Shown: in pieces, positions 13,651 to 26,758 of the stretch
Position numbering within the stretch: the first letter of the stretch is position 1
Layout: every line of letters begins with the position of its first letter
NCBI GenBank assembly: GCA_002633005.1
Contig: NMRA01000477.1
Location: forward strand, 107,249-171,248
From: Phoronis australis
Taxonomy: Eukaryota > Animalia > Phoronida
Reading direction: 5' to 3'
DNA length: 64,000 bases
Notes under the pieces: generated by a model
What the model was told of the DNA's origin: nothing
What the model saw: the letters and a program-made list of their open reading frames with translations, nothing else
Database searches by the model: none
Made by a program: the position numbers and the translations under genes

Positions 13651-16453
13651 TTTCATGCATCTTCAGAGTTTCTTCATGAGAATCACAACGAGGAACATTT
13701 TAAAAATAATTCCTCATATTACTTTGGAGAACAATGCATAGAGCATAGCACCTGAAAGTTTCGTGTAAATCCGACCGGCCATTTCTGAGAGAGAAAGTTC
13801 CCAAGTTAGCCAAATCTCAACATGTCTAAGTGACCTATATAATCTCAAAACCATTCCAAGGAATACATGCCCACCCTCACTTATGTTAGGCAGAATGTTT
13901 TTTTTTTCAGGAAATGGAAAAATGTGAAACAGTCAGACATTGCAGTATACGAAATAAGAATTAAGAAGAAACTTCATTGAGCAATTTTACTCCACTTTGC
14001 TCTACAATAAGACAAAAAAGTTTCATGTTGAATTTTAATTTTTTATCAACTTGTAACGGAACATCGCAAGAAAAAACAACTAAGGCAAGTTCAAACTAAT
14101 TGCCATCATCAATAGTCCAGGGTCTTGTATCCAACAGAAGTAATCATACCCTAGAGGCTATACCAAATAAACTGATTTTCAAGTTCAATTGAAAAGGCCA
14201 TTCATCATCGAAAATCAACATTCGCAAACAGCAATTTTATACTTGACTGTATATAAACTTAAAGAGCAAAACTCCAGGTATTTTTGACAAGCACTCAGCA
14301 CAATTTGTAGATCATTGTTAAAATTCGTCAATTTATTTATGTCCTCATTTATATAAATGCAGCTATGTTTATAAAAACACACAGCCATACAGAACTAGAA
14401 CAGCAAAATAAAATCCTACACATTGAAATCCTGCAGAACAGTGAAAATCAAGACAACAGAGGGGCAAAGGAAAACTGAGATTGCCATCAAACTATTCAAG
14501 GATTTGGCATGTTGCAAGCAGAGGCTTGTTTATATTAGCAGTAATCATAACACAAGTCATTCAGCTCCAGCACATGCCAGCCTCTCTCCCAATGGCAGAG
14601 AACTAAAGCTGCATTGTACAACAATTCCTTGATACTACAAACAGTCAAAGGGTTCATTAGTGAATGCCAATACACTATAGTCTATATGGAAATCATGGCA
14701 GTGAACTGTGTTTGACCAATGGCAAACCTTATTGAGTAGGTACAAACTGTAGGTAATGAATTGGCTTTGAGTAGAAACAAAACTACAACACAGGTAAAAT
14801 AAATGCTGTGATTTAATCACTCGTTAGCCATCAACCAGCCTGTATACACAGAAAAATAACCACATAATACAGATATTGTTCTAGGGTCATAGCTCAGCAA
14901 GGGGTTCTTAAAGAAACATAAACAAACACCCAGCAATGGCTTTGCAGGCAACAGTAAAGCTGGTCTCGCTACAGATTTGAAAAACCAAGTGGCAGCTGTT
15001 TTGGGTGCACTTCAAGAGGGGCAATTTTTGTAGACAGAACCCACGTCACTGCAGAGATAACACACTTTATTCAACTGACTATAAACAGTTTTATTTAACC
15101 ACCAGGCAGCGCCAACATTTTGTCTTGCAAGTGTTTACACACAATAGATTAAATTATTTACACCAGAAGAAATCAGTCAGTAACCTTATAACATAACACA
15201 CCGTACTGTTTGCACTGCTCTGTTATTATCGTAACAAAATGCATATCTAATTCAGAGACAAATTTTGAAAACCTGAACATTGTGAACGATTCAGAGCTGA
15301 ACGAAAGCGAGAGTGACGCCAGAACGTTTTAGACTCTTCATCGATCTTGAGACTACCTGAAGTTGTGAACACTGTGAGATTAGATAAGAGGCAACGAAAT
15401 TATATCCCCCGTGATGATACTTTGAATTATTCCACCTATGAATTGTTACAAACATTCTGCAGTATACTTCTCAGTTACACCTGATCCCTCTACTCAGAAA
15501 ATGTATTTGTATGTAAATTTATGTTTTCACACCTTGTTAACCAAAGTATAAGAACTCCTCTTCTTTGAACAAGTGTTGCGAGCTGAAACGAGCGTCCTAC
15601 AGCGTAACCTATCATTTGACATCATGGTACAGTACATGCCAAAATAATTCCCCAACAGAAGCAGAGGCTAAATTCGTTGTCAGAGTGGTTTTCCCCGTGT
15701 GACCCACAAATGAAGGGGAATGTACAGGAAGTCAGTAAGATGGCTAACCCACTCCATGATTGTAACTTTGCTTCCATAATAATTATTACTGGGCAAGGCA
15801 TTTAGTTGTAAACAGAATTAGCCTGTTATGGCAGGGGAAGCCTATCTTGTGGATTAATTTTGCATCACTTCAGCAGTGGGTTACCCAAGGGTCCTGCCTC
15901 TGGAGGGACCACTGTGCTTGTAAACATCCACCATGGCTTATCCTTCACCAGCAGCCCAGAGCTAGACTGCAAGCAGTGCCAGGTGTTATGAATTAAACTC
16001 ATGGACAGCGGCAAGACTTCTCTAAAGCTGAAGTGTTCGGCTTAAAATGATATAAAGGGATATCCAGGGATATTCTCACTCCTGGAATGAGAGTTGCTGT
16101 TGCCTTCAGAAGAAACTCATTATGATGCGAAAATAGGTTCACAATTTACAAGGGCAGAATTCAGCAGCAAGAAATTCATCTTTGCAGCAAAATTTATTTT
16201 AGCCTAGGTCTGTTGCCATGGCTATGCAGCCAGTTAAATTTGGTCCAGAATATAAACAAACTGACCTGTCAAAAACAAGCTGGATTCAAGATGTACTGGT
16301 ATCAAATATCAAGTTCTTGCTTGGCAGGCTCTTGAGGTCAAACGATAAGATAGTTCACTTCTCACATACAGTTCCTCTAACAATGAGACAGCTCATGTGT
16401 TACAATTCTAAGAGGACAAGACCACTCTTATCTTTTAAGTTGAACCTCACCTA

Positions 16454-16694
16454 CTGTAAAAATTCCTCAGTTTGGGACAAGAGTACCCGCAAAAATTGCC
16501 ATATTTCGAATTTTTAGAGGCAAATGCTCAAAAATTTACCAAATGTAGAACTACATCTTTGTTGGTAAATAGCCCAACAAACATACTAAAAGCAAAGTGA
16601 ATTTTCCAGAAAAGTTATTTTTGGTGCTCAAAATGACAAAATGGAATTTCTCGTGTTTCGTCATATTGTGTCCCAAATTGAAGAATTTTTACGG
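16454..16694. mobile_element. Tc1/mariner-like MITE, copy A
   Basis: TIR CTGTAAAAATTCCTCAGTTTGGGACA / TGTCCCAAATTGAAGAATTTTTACGG; homologous to 52672-52917. Confidence 0.75.
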
Positions 16695-19600
16695 CACGTA
16701 ATCTTTTGCCATTCTGGCAGATTGCCTTTTTTCTGAATGAAGACAAATTAGAGACTAAGTGAATTTGATATATTCATATACCCAGTTGAGCCAACTAGTG
16801 TTGGTTTAACAAAACAGTCTCTTCACAGGAAAATTTTGTGGACAGTTATTTCTACACCTATAGTGTGTAATGGACAAGGACAAGGCCAACATGATATCCT
16901 GGAGATTATTTTATTTCAGTCAAAACTGACAGCAGTGATCGGTAAATGCTGGCAACCACGTTTTTAGTGGGAATCTGTCTTGAGACGTCAAATGTGACCT
17001 CTTACAGCATCACCGTATATGGCGAATGTCAATCTCACGAATTTGGATGCTCACTTTTCAAATGCTAACACTGTTGGTTACACAATCACTAATAGTAAAT
17101 CCCATATGTCCTTAAAACCATGAAATGGAGGTTGAAACCAGAACATAACCATTAAACTGGGGGTAATGTTGCAGTCTATAATGAAACCAGAGTACAAAAT
17201 GGAAATATTTACAAGTCACCATGACAACAAACTAGGCATATGGTTGTCCATTGCTCATCAGACATAAAAACAGGGACATTTGTGTTTACTACCACAGCCG
17301 AGATTCATTTGAGCAACTTCCAAAAATGGTAGAAGTGAGAGTAATGGTCTAACATGTGGTAACGCTAAAAAATAGTTCTATCGAGAAAAAATCCTTAAAA
17401 TAACAATTTCTGGACCAAAATTAGGAGTTCATCTATGGTGCGTGGGAGAATATATGTATGACGAGTACTCACACAGGAAGGACAATATTTTGTCAACCTT
17501 TAACATTAACACCCATCGACGAAGTCATAACAACTGACAGTGATAAAAGAACTACTTTAGATTTCGATGCAGAACAGTAGGATATGAAATTGTATTATTT
17601 CAGATTCAGACATGTTAGTAAAATTTAGCCTTCAGAAGACTGACACCACGACACTGAGGGTGTGAGGTTGACTCTGAACACAGACCCCAACTCATATTTT
17701 CGGCTCAAGGTTGCACAAAGCAATACCTGATGTTGGCAAACATTAAACGGGCTTTTTGAGTGAAGGACAGCGAGTAAGGAGCAATATTGACTAAAAAAAG
17801 TCCAAGTGTCCAAGTTCAAAGATTGTATCTTAGCTACGTGGGAAATTAGTCGCTGGAGTTCAAATATAGTCAACTCTCACCAATTTCGGAAATTCTTATA
17901 TATAGTAGGCAAATGAAACTTTTTCCCCATTTTTTCATTGCAAAATACATAGCTCAAACTTAATGTGTGTCCATGTTATGTACCACAGCAACTACCAGAC
18001 AATATTTCAAAAAGCTGTTGGCATCCACAATAATGGTAGAAGCCCTCGTCAGTTTTGGCAATAAATTGACGGAGATTTCAACGTAAACGCATTTACCACA
18101 GTAAGAAGACTTCATGAAAAATACCATTTTTTCCAGTATGATAACTTGACAACTCTTCACCTCAGATTCTCAACTTCACATTTTGCCTATTCTTGGTTTG
18201 TTTATTTTTTTAGCCTCAAAGTTTTAGTGCTAGCTATTGTATTTTGTCTGAGACTCTTCAAGAGCAACAAAAGCTTGGTGATTAGCAGCCCTATTAGAGC
18301 CTGTCTGTTTAAAATGACAAGATGTTTAAATTCTCAAGGCGGCCTACCACAGTTTGTGTTCTGCTGACCACTGATATCGCCAGCACTTTTTTGTTGGATT
18401 CCTTATTGCCAATGGCTAACCATAGAAGAGATCAAATTCGGTTGAGGTAATCACGCCCCCAAGGTTCCCAATCCCAAGAAAATTTGTGACTTCCAATCAA
18501 ACTGTGGAGAGTTCGTCAACAGAAAGCAATATGTAGTCGTATTTTTTCTGGTTACAACAACTGGAGACATTGAGAAGAGCTTCAGTAGGGCCCTCGTTCA
18601 TCTGAGGGGAAAGGTGCCTGTGCCTTCTGAGAGGGGAATTTTTTTTGGGGGGTGAGGGGAAATTCTACCTCCCGATCACCATCAATAGCATCCCTCACCC
18701 TGTTGCAAGGGCTCATAGGTCTGCCTTAAGTAGTCAAAACTAACTTCTTGTGCTCTTTCAAATTATGACCTGTGTGAGTTACAAGTAATTTGAACCTTGA
18801 GGGGAACTTTTCAATCACTTTAGGGAAATTTTTGGGCCTGGTGAAGAAAGTTGTGAGTTGAAAGGTGCTCAGTGCCTGAAGACTTTAACTGGGTTCCACA
18901 TGGGAGGCTTAAAATGCTAGACAAGAGAAGGGGGCATTTTTGCAAGCAGTCTGTTTCGTAACAGCCCAAACCACTCTTAAAGAGGAAATTGACGTCAAAA
19001 TGCGTTCATTCTCTGAGATTAATGCAAAAACTAAATACGAGCATCCTTCCCATGTGAATGTGTGTCCTTGGAAGTTAGTGGCCTGGCTACAATTACTAGT
19101 GAAACGTCAGCCATTTTGGGGCAACTCAAACTGCCAGCAAAAGTGACGCTGGCGACCGTAGGCAGGGCGTACGTTGCAATAAAATTACACGAATGAGAAA
19201 CTTGTGCATTCAAATTTGAACTCGGTACTGATAGCGTCAGAGCACATTCTATGCAAACTGTATCATTGTGCAGTGTAGGTCATATATCCATGTCGAGTTT
19301 ATTCACATGAATCATCCATGCATGTGATATGCACTCTTCTGTTACTGTCTCACCTGTATCTTTTATTTCCCCCTGCAGAGAATCATTAGTACCAAGACTT
19401 TGATTTCCTGCACTTTTATGTCATTGAGTATTTACCTAGAGAGCAGTACATGTGCTGATCATTTTGTTTCTGGATTGAAGTTCAAGATGGTGATGTTCAT
19501 CCGGGAGTCCTAACATACATTAGTACCCCACAATCTAGTTTTCTTGACTATTTATTGAACACAGACGGAGATTTACCGCAAAAAAGTCTACATCATTCTA

Positions 19601-19780
19601 TTCCAAAATGAACTTCAGACCTCATGCAGCAGCCTTCAGCTAATCGCACCAGCTTGCAGTCGCGGTTCTACAAGGTCGATTTCAGAGTTTACTTTCCACA
19701 CCCTTCAGATGAGTTCGACTAATAACGACACTAAAACAAGGACAAAACTCTTGTAATCAATGTCAAAAAAACGTACTCAC

Positions 19781-19838
19781 CTAACTTTCTTTTATGATTT
19801 CACCCATTTTGTCAATTACTCCTCATACTGGTCTTGTT
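19781..19838 (-). other. Putative non-coding (5'UTR or lncRNA) exon
   Basis: Minus strand: cttctgttctttctttttatag|58 nt|GTGAGTAC. Strong acceptor and donor, stops in all frames. Confidence 0.5.
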
Positions 19839-20853
19839 CTATAAAAAGAAAGAACAGAAGAAATGAAACACCAACCCTCAATTCAATCTCTCTCACCCAA
19901 ATCTTCCAATTTTCTTCACCAATTCAATCTTTTTCAAGATTTTGAAGTGGGAGTCATATAAGAAACAGAAAGCAAAAACAAAATTGACAGTTTTAACAGC
20001 CTTTATGTAATACTTTGCACTGTACTTTCAGACAAACACATTGTACAGGATTTGACAACCAATTTAAACTTTAAGCCAGTCACATCATGACTGTGCTTTT
20101 ATAACCTTATGAAGACTTCCGATGTAAACATTGTAAAGTTCACGTACTGGGCAACAATACACAGAGATGAACCACACTATTTTGGATGTAACTACATTTG
20201 TATTTCTTAAATTGGGCCTCCAGCCTCCAATACATTAAATGCTGATTGATCAAACATCAACTCCGTTTTACCACATTAAATCTTTGCGGGAGACAAACCA
20301 ACGCTATTTCGAAACACTCACAGATCAAAAGATGAACATGTGACTAGATATCAGTCCTCAAAGCTCACAGAGGTTAGGTCACCCTCAGTCCAATCCAGGA
20401 TCTTGGCACCACAACAATGTTTGAACACACTGGGCTAACACAGGCACTGTACACACTATTGACATGTCTGGAGAATATTGACACACACACATTCTATTAT
20501 CACTATTTACAATAATGACTGGCTACACTTATCCACAGTAATCCCTGAGATAGACAGGGGTCAACAAGGGTCAACCTACAACCCTCCTCTCACTGCTAAT
20601 GCTTCTCCATGTTGGTGAATTTTACCTAGAGCAGCCCAGCTTTCTTGGTATAATCATGACCAAATGACCACAGTTTGATAGAAGTGGTAATTGAGAATTT
20701 GGAGTCACACGTTCTACGAACAAAAGTCAAAATGACTCTGCACGTATTATGATCGCTGTTTACTGAAATCATCTTGTTTCAACCATGAAAAGGAAAAAAC
20801 ATATTTGGAATAAAGGGAAGAAATAAAAAGAATACTACTTGTACTTTACCTCA

Positions 20854-21095
20854 AGAGGAGGCAGTGTGGCCTAGTGTGATAGGTGCGCGCCTTCATTACT
20901 CGAGGTCGTGGGTTCGAGTCCCACTGGGCCACACTGCTAGACCCTTGAGTCAGGTTCTAGCTCCTCAGCTCGGTTTTAACTACATATTAATAAAGCACAA
21001 AATATTTCCAGGTTATCAGTGCAATGGGCCCACATGCGCGGCCTGTACACATCTGGTATAACGTGTACCAGACTGCCTGCAATTATTTTTTTTTA
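20854..21095 (+). mobile_element. Full-length tRNA-derived SINE with 12-bp TSD
   Basis: A box TGGCCTAGTG, B box GGTTCGAGTCC (20911), T-rich tail. Identical TACTTTACCTCA at 20842-20853 and 21096-21107. Confidence 0.85.
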
Positions 21096-22136
21096 TACTT
21101 TACCTCACACGTTTCATCGTTTAATAGGAAATGAGTACTTTAACAGAAATTTATTTACAGTACACATCTCAACAAGTAAAAACTCATCAGTTAGTCTCAG
21201 ATTTATTTCATGAATAGACAATTAAAAAGTAAGGAAAGAAGATAACTCGGTCATTTGCGAATGCTGTTGTGAACTTTTTAGTGCCGTCTAGCAGTGAGTT
21301 TATTGTCTTTTAAAAGTTAAAGGTCTTCTCTGAGACTAACATGCAACATTTCCGATTCTGGTTTGCAGGTAATTTATCGTTTTAATTGATTTTTTTTCCC
21401 CAAAGTCATGAGGGTCCTCCGTACGATCTGCCACATTGCTGTCTCTATAATTTAGCCTGAGAGAATATTAAAAGGAAAGGGGTTCACTATCAATTTTGCT
21501 AGTGAAAACTTGAACCTGCAGAAAAAAACTGGCAATCAAGTTGGAAAAACATTGATAGCCTTTAGAGGTGTCCCTCTATACACCAAAGGCACTAAAAACA
21601 CTGCGACTGTGATCTTTATGCCAAATTACCGTATGGCAGAATTTGCTGAAAAGCTTCCAGAAGCCGAGTACAGGATAGGTCAACACAATATCTAGAGGAA
21701 TGGGTTGTATCATGAAAAACAGAGAGAAACTTTGTTCTGAAGTGGATTACACAAAATATGACATTTGGGGGCACTGACCAGTTACAACCTTAAGAAATCT
21801 CCACATTTGTTGGTTCCAAATCTCAACTGACAATTAGGAGTTTTCCTGTAGGTCTGTAACATCTGTGACATTTCCATAAACAGTACCACCATCTCAACTG
21901 ACCCAAGTAGAGGCAGTAGTCATCTCATATGCCTTTTATATGCCGGAAGCTTTTCGGCAAATCATGCCTCACACTGATTAAAACATAGAAGTCATGTTGC
22001 TTTAAGTACCATTTGCGCATGGAGGGACACCTTAAGTGGTTGTTGATATCTCAAACTCTTCCCGGCTCAATCAAGTACTCCCACAATCACACTTATTTCG
22101 GACATTCGTTCAGTTGTCTAAATCGGCAACTAGCTG

Positions 22137-22169
22137 TTTTTATACAGCTCGCACCAGGGGAAATGACGT
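22137..22169 (-). promoter_or_regulatory. Putative minus-strand TATA promoter
   Basis: TATAAAAA on the minus strand at 22137-22144, TGACGT half-CRE at 22164-22169; sits at the CpG-poor/CpG-rich boundary. Confidence 0.35.
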
Positions 22170-22324
22170 GATATCCCTTGGCGCGTTCAGAGTAAAACTG
22201 GCTAGTTAAAGACATCAACAACCTCCTATGGTGTCCCTGTACGCACAACAGGTACTTATAGCCACACGACTTTGATGGTTTAAACTTAATTCACCGAAAA
22301 GGTTCCAACATATTAAGCCTATTA

Positions 22325-22491
22325 AGGTTAGCCAGTAAAAGACAAGTGGAGTAAACAGGTCCCTGTTTGCAAATGGCTACTGAGAACCAGATTTCATTGA
22401 ATAATGTCAATACTGCGATTATTTAGTGAAACTGGTTCCCTGTAGCCATTTTGAAAAGGGACCCGGTTATTCCACTTTTAGCCGGTAGCCT
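22325..22491. repeat. Long imperfect palindrome (fold-back element)
   Basis: ~60-bp arms GTGGAGTAAACAGGTCCC..AAATGGCTAC..GAACCAG and CTGGTTC..GTAGCCATTT..GGGACC..TTCCAC around a short loop. Confidence 0.8.
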
Positions 22492-25251
22492 ATGTGATGT
22501 CTACCGACTCTAACTGAGACGGTGTCGGTGGTAGGCTAGTGTCTAACATTCCCATTGACAACGAAAACGATATAAAACTTTAAGGAAAAGATAGTTTGAA
22601 AATGTTCTTGTCTGTTTACATCACAAATATGAAATCTTTGAAAATATAACAAGAATTGGACGTGATGACTGAATGCAAGACAAAAACATGATTCCATGGC
22701 GGCCGCCATGTTGGCTAGATAAGTGTGTCATCCAAACAAAATATTGACATAAAGACAACGCGATTTAGGCAACAAAGAACATCATTTGACAATTCTAGAT
22801 ATATGGAAAGAATACACCATGGAGACTTGACGGTACACACAGTATTTTGAAGAAATTAGGAACATGAAAACATGAAAATACATAGCTCTTTCCTTACCAA
22901 AATAGCTTGGATCCACAAACTTTACTAAGTTTTTACTCGTTGACTGCTTCGGCAAGTAAGGGAGATAATTCTAAGAGTTACTAAGCTCAGTGACATCTAT
23001 GGGTTAGAATGGAAGTTATTCTGTTGCACAAATTCGTTCTGTCTTTTGACTTCGAATTGTAGACTGATTTTCTGACGCTTAGACTTAGCTTGATTTCGTA
23101 AAACGTACTATTTTTAGTCAAAAGTCAAAAGACAATAGCCTCTCCGAGAAACAGTCCCCTGGTTAAATTTTCAATTGTTTTGATTTGCGAGATTAATATG
23201 AGATTCAAAATTACTTCGTTGGCCTATTTCTTTAATTAAAAAGAACGATTAAAGTAATTCACGATAATGAGTGAGATGAGACAGATGCGTCGTTAGGCCT
23301 GTGTTATAGCAGCCAAGCTTCCTGGATGATATGACATTTTCCTTTTTTACAATAGTTTAGATTGAAACTCACTTTACTGATGATATAAATGTTTCCAAGG
23401 AGCTATTTCGGATCGTATAGAGTCTACTCGATAGACGGACTTAGGGAATGACAAGGGCATTCTCCTCCGTAATTAATGGCTCCTACCGGCGTTAGTGCCG
23501 TCTTAGGGTTGCCACAAACTCTAAACTTGTCCTTTGGACGTTGCTGTTAGCGCCCCGTTCCCAGTCCCCTTCGCGACATTTTAGATCCGCTCGGGTGGTA
23601 CTTCCGGCGACAATTCCTTCAAAGGAGAATCCCTGCCCTCCCTTCTTCCGAGGCAAATAGTGCATTAATTTAGTTTTTTCTCATCATATGAAAAATATTA
23701 CAGGCCATCTGGCATTTCATGAATTGCTTCCATCGTGATTCTTTGTCGTACACCTGGAATATAAGGCTCTTGACGCAATACATGTACAATATTTGATCGA
23801 GACTGGATGAACAAGCCTTGTAGGCGTGCAAGTAAAACGTTACGTTACTTCTGACTCTCGAATAAATGCGATTGACGTTGTTACGCCTTCGGGGCTCAAG
23901 ACGTGGCTGTCACCGTACTCCCAGATTCTGGTACACTAAGCAAAAATTTGGACACAGAATGAAAGAAGCGGAAAATATTTTACATGGAGCATTAAATTAT
24001 AATAGTTGTCAAACAGTGACATGGCTGGATCATGATGAAAAGGAAAATAATATGTCAACTAATCGCGCAAGATTATCGGGCAAATAAAACGTTTCCATGA
24101 GCACGGTGTATGTATGTTTACCGATGCGTATTTGAATTCATCATGCAAGAGGTCTACTGCTTTACACAAGTATTCCATTGCTCAATTTAGTTCTTACGCG
24201 CAACAGTTTTGGATCTAAAACGTTGTTATATGTTCGTTGGTCGAACAGTTGTTGAACTTACTATTATTGGAAATGAAATGTTTGCAGTTGTGAAGTTCGA
24301 GTGTCATTTTTATAACTTTTGTTCTATTACTTCTTTGTGCGTTGATATTAGTTTATAGCGGCATTAAAGGCATTTGGATAAGTGGCCTTTCGCGATGATA
24401 AATAATTTTTGTACATGCTCACTATAAGCCATTGAAGATTGTTAAAACTACTACTGCTTGAAAATATATTACAATTTTTCACACAGTCAACTTCCACATT
24501 ATTTCTAAAACAGTATCATTTGCTGTCGCAATCGAAATAACACACCAACACACGCATATACCCAAAACTCCATTTTACAAATCAATCACGGCAACTCACT
24601 GATTAAGTTTTCACATTTCTAGAATTATCAGCGAAAATACTCTCTTCCGTTCTAGATAAAATAAGCACCCACTCGCTTGCTCGACTTACAACATATTACA
24701 GGCAGGAAGAATATCTCAGATACTTGTTTCTTATGCATTGACTCCAGCTTATTTTTTCTGGAATTTTGTCCACCGTTAACAATCACATAAAAATTGCATT
24801 ATTACACAGAAAAAACACTCATTTTTCCACACATAGGTCCACGCACCGGTACATGCTCACGCGCATCCACACGCACATGCACACGCACACGCGCGCACAC
24901 CAGCAAACTTCCACGCAAACATATGCACAAATGTTATCACACATTAACAATTTGCATATAGAGTTGGATTCTGTGGAGCGTACATCTGTAGCACCCCTTT
25001 TTGTTTTTACTAAGGTTTCAGGATTATTGGTTTATTTATGTATTTATGTATTTATACGTTTATTGAAGTATTCATACCACTGATATATTATGCCCGTCTC
25101 CCAATGGTATGTCAAATGTATCAATAGTAGATGATAATTTAACCGTCTCATATTTTCTATTCCTCGGTGTTTTTTGTTGTGTTCTATTTTGTTGTACCAT
25201 GGTCCACAATGAAGAGGTTTTTGCCTTTGAGGATCTCCGGTTCTCATATAT

Positions 25252-25445
25252 NNNNNNNNNNNNNNNNNNNNNNNNNNNNNNNNNNNNNNNNNNNNNNNNN
25301 NNNNNNNNNNNNNNNNNNNNNNNNNNNNNNNNNNNNNNNNNNNNNNNNNNNNNNNNNNNNNNNNNNNNNNNNNNNNNNNNNNNNNNNNNNNNNNNNNNNN
25401 NNNNNNNNNNNNNNNNNNNNNNNNNNNNNNNNNNNNNNNNNNNNN
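25252..25445. other. Assembly gap (N run)
   Basis: 194 N. Confidence 1.
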
Positions 25446-25448
25446 GGG

Positions 25449-25450
<2 letters not shown>

Positions 25451-25488
<38 letters not shown>
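25451..25488. repeat. (GT)n microsatellite
   Basis: Pure GT run adjoining the gap. Confidence 0.95.
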
Positions 25489-25489
<1 letters not shown>

Positions 25490-25668
25490 AGCTCTCTCTC
25501 CCTCCTCCCCCCTCTCTCATTGTAAAAGTAAATACATTTTTATGCAGTGAACGTATAACGAAGTCGAAGGAAGATTTCAATAGTCGCCGATTCCCGACGT
25601 TGGCTTCCAGTCAAATTTGATACCTAAAATAGAATTAACAGAAATCCAGGCGATGTCCTTATCAGTTG

Positions 25669-25821
25669 TAGGGCGGATCCAGGATTTTGAATTAAGGGGG
25701 GCCAGGACAGAGTATTACTCAGGATTTTTCCGTCAGACCGCATTCGCACCCCCGAACTGCCAAGTGGAATCTGGGAGATTCTGGGGCATGGCCCCCTTGG
25801 CCCCCTCTAAATCCACCACTG
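25669..25821. mobile_element. hAT-like MITE, copy 1
   Basis: Ends GGGCGGATCCAGG...CTAAATCCACCACTG; reverse-complement homologue of 26602-26758. Confidence 0.75.
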
Positions 25822-26601
25822 AACTGAAATATAACGAAAATAAAACACAAGTGTGTAATTTCCATGACAACAAAAACTGACTAGCCAAGGATAAAAAGTC
25901 TCCTGACGTCAACAATTTTCGAAGTACTACACGCCATCATGTTCGCAAAACAAATTACTAGAGTCTTCCACATAGGAAGCATTTGTAAAATGTGGAACAC
26001 AACTTAGTCGACATTGGTAAACGAGAAAAAAATATGGTTGACTTTAATACCGCAAATAGAAAAGGTTACGGAGTGGCGACGATTAGTGGACGCAGGCGTT
26101 TGGAACCAAGAGGATACCTTCGAAAAGTTTCAAAGTGCAGTGGCGTGATTCTGTGGAACGAAGGCCAACAAAGATTATTTTCATGTTTTGAATTTACTCA
26201 TAGAGCTAGAGGACAGGTAGTCTTAAGACTGCAACTTGGTCGTACGCACTACACAAAAATTTTTGAAAAATTATTGAATTTAACCTGAGTGAAAATACAA
26301 ATTATCTGATAACAATACACATAACTGTTAATTACTGATGTAATTTCTACAAATTATTCCTAGACAGTGACGCGTTCATAATTATTTGGCTAACCCATTT
26401 TTTTCAATACTTGTGAGGTGGGAGCGTAAGACTAATTAGTTTTTGTCTTACATTCTGTGACCCCAAGGGGTCTATGGTAATGTATGTTCAAGGTTAAATA
26501 ACAGTGTGTGCGGCACTAAGTATGCCTCTCGTGCAACCTGTTACAGAGGTATTGTGACCTAGCGTTTGCTCATTTCTTTCAGCTGATTAGTCTCACCAAC
26601 A

Positions 26602-26758
26602 CAGTGGTGGATTTAGGGGGGGGCAAGGGGGCTCTGGCCCCCTAAAATTCTCCCAGATTCCATTTGACAGTTCGGGGGTGCGAATGTCTGAGGGGCAAAT
26701 TCTTGGCTAATACTCTGCCCTACCCCTCCCCCAACTTAAAATCCTGGGTCCGCTCCTG
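26602..26758. mobile_element. hAT-like MITE, copy 2, with 5-bp TSD CAACA
   Basis: CAGTGGTGGAT...GGTCCGCTCCTG termini; CAACA directly on both sides. Confidence 0.8.

Noticed and set aside
15770-16050. Possible ancient RT relic (VTQGSCL, cf. GVPQGS.LGP)
   Set aside because: One short motif needing frameshifts; not supportable without a profile search
17467-17550. Minus-strand exon candidate (tcactgtcag...GTGAGT)
   Set aside because: Weak exon-side donor context and no coding signal; such matches occur by chance
24835-24935. His/Thr-rich ORF 24766-25083
   Set aside because: Translation of a degenerate (CA)n microsatellite
25109-25550. 127-138 aa ORFs
   Set aside because: Artefacts of the N gap and GT microsatellite
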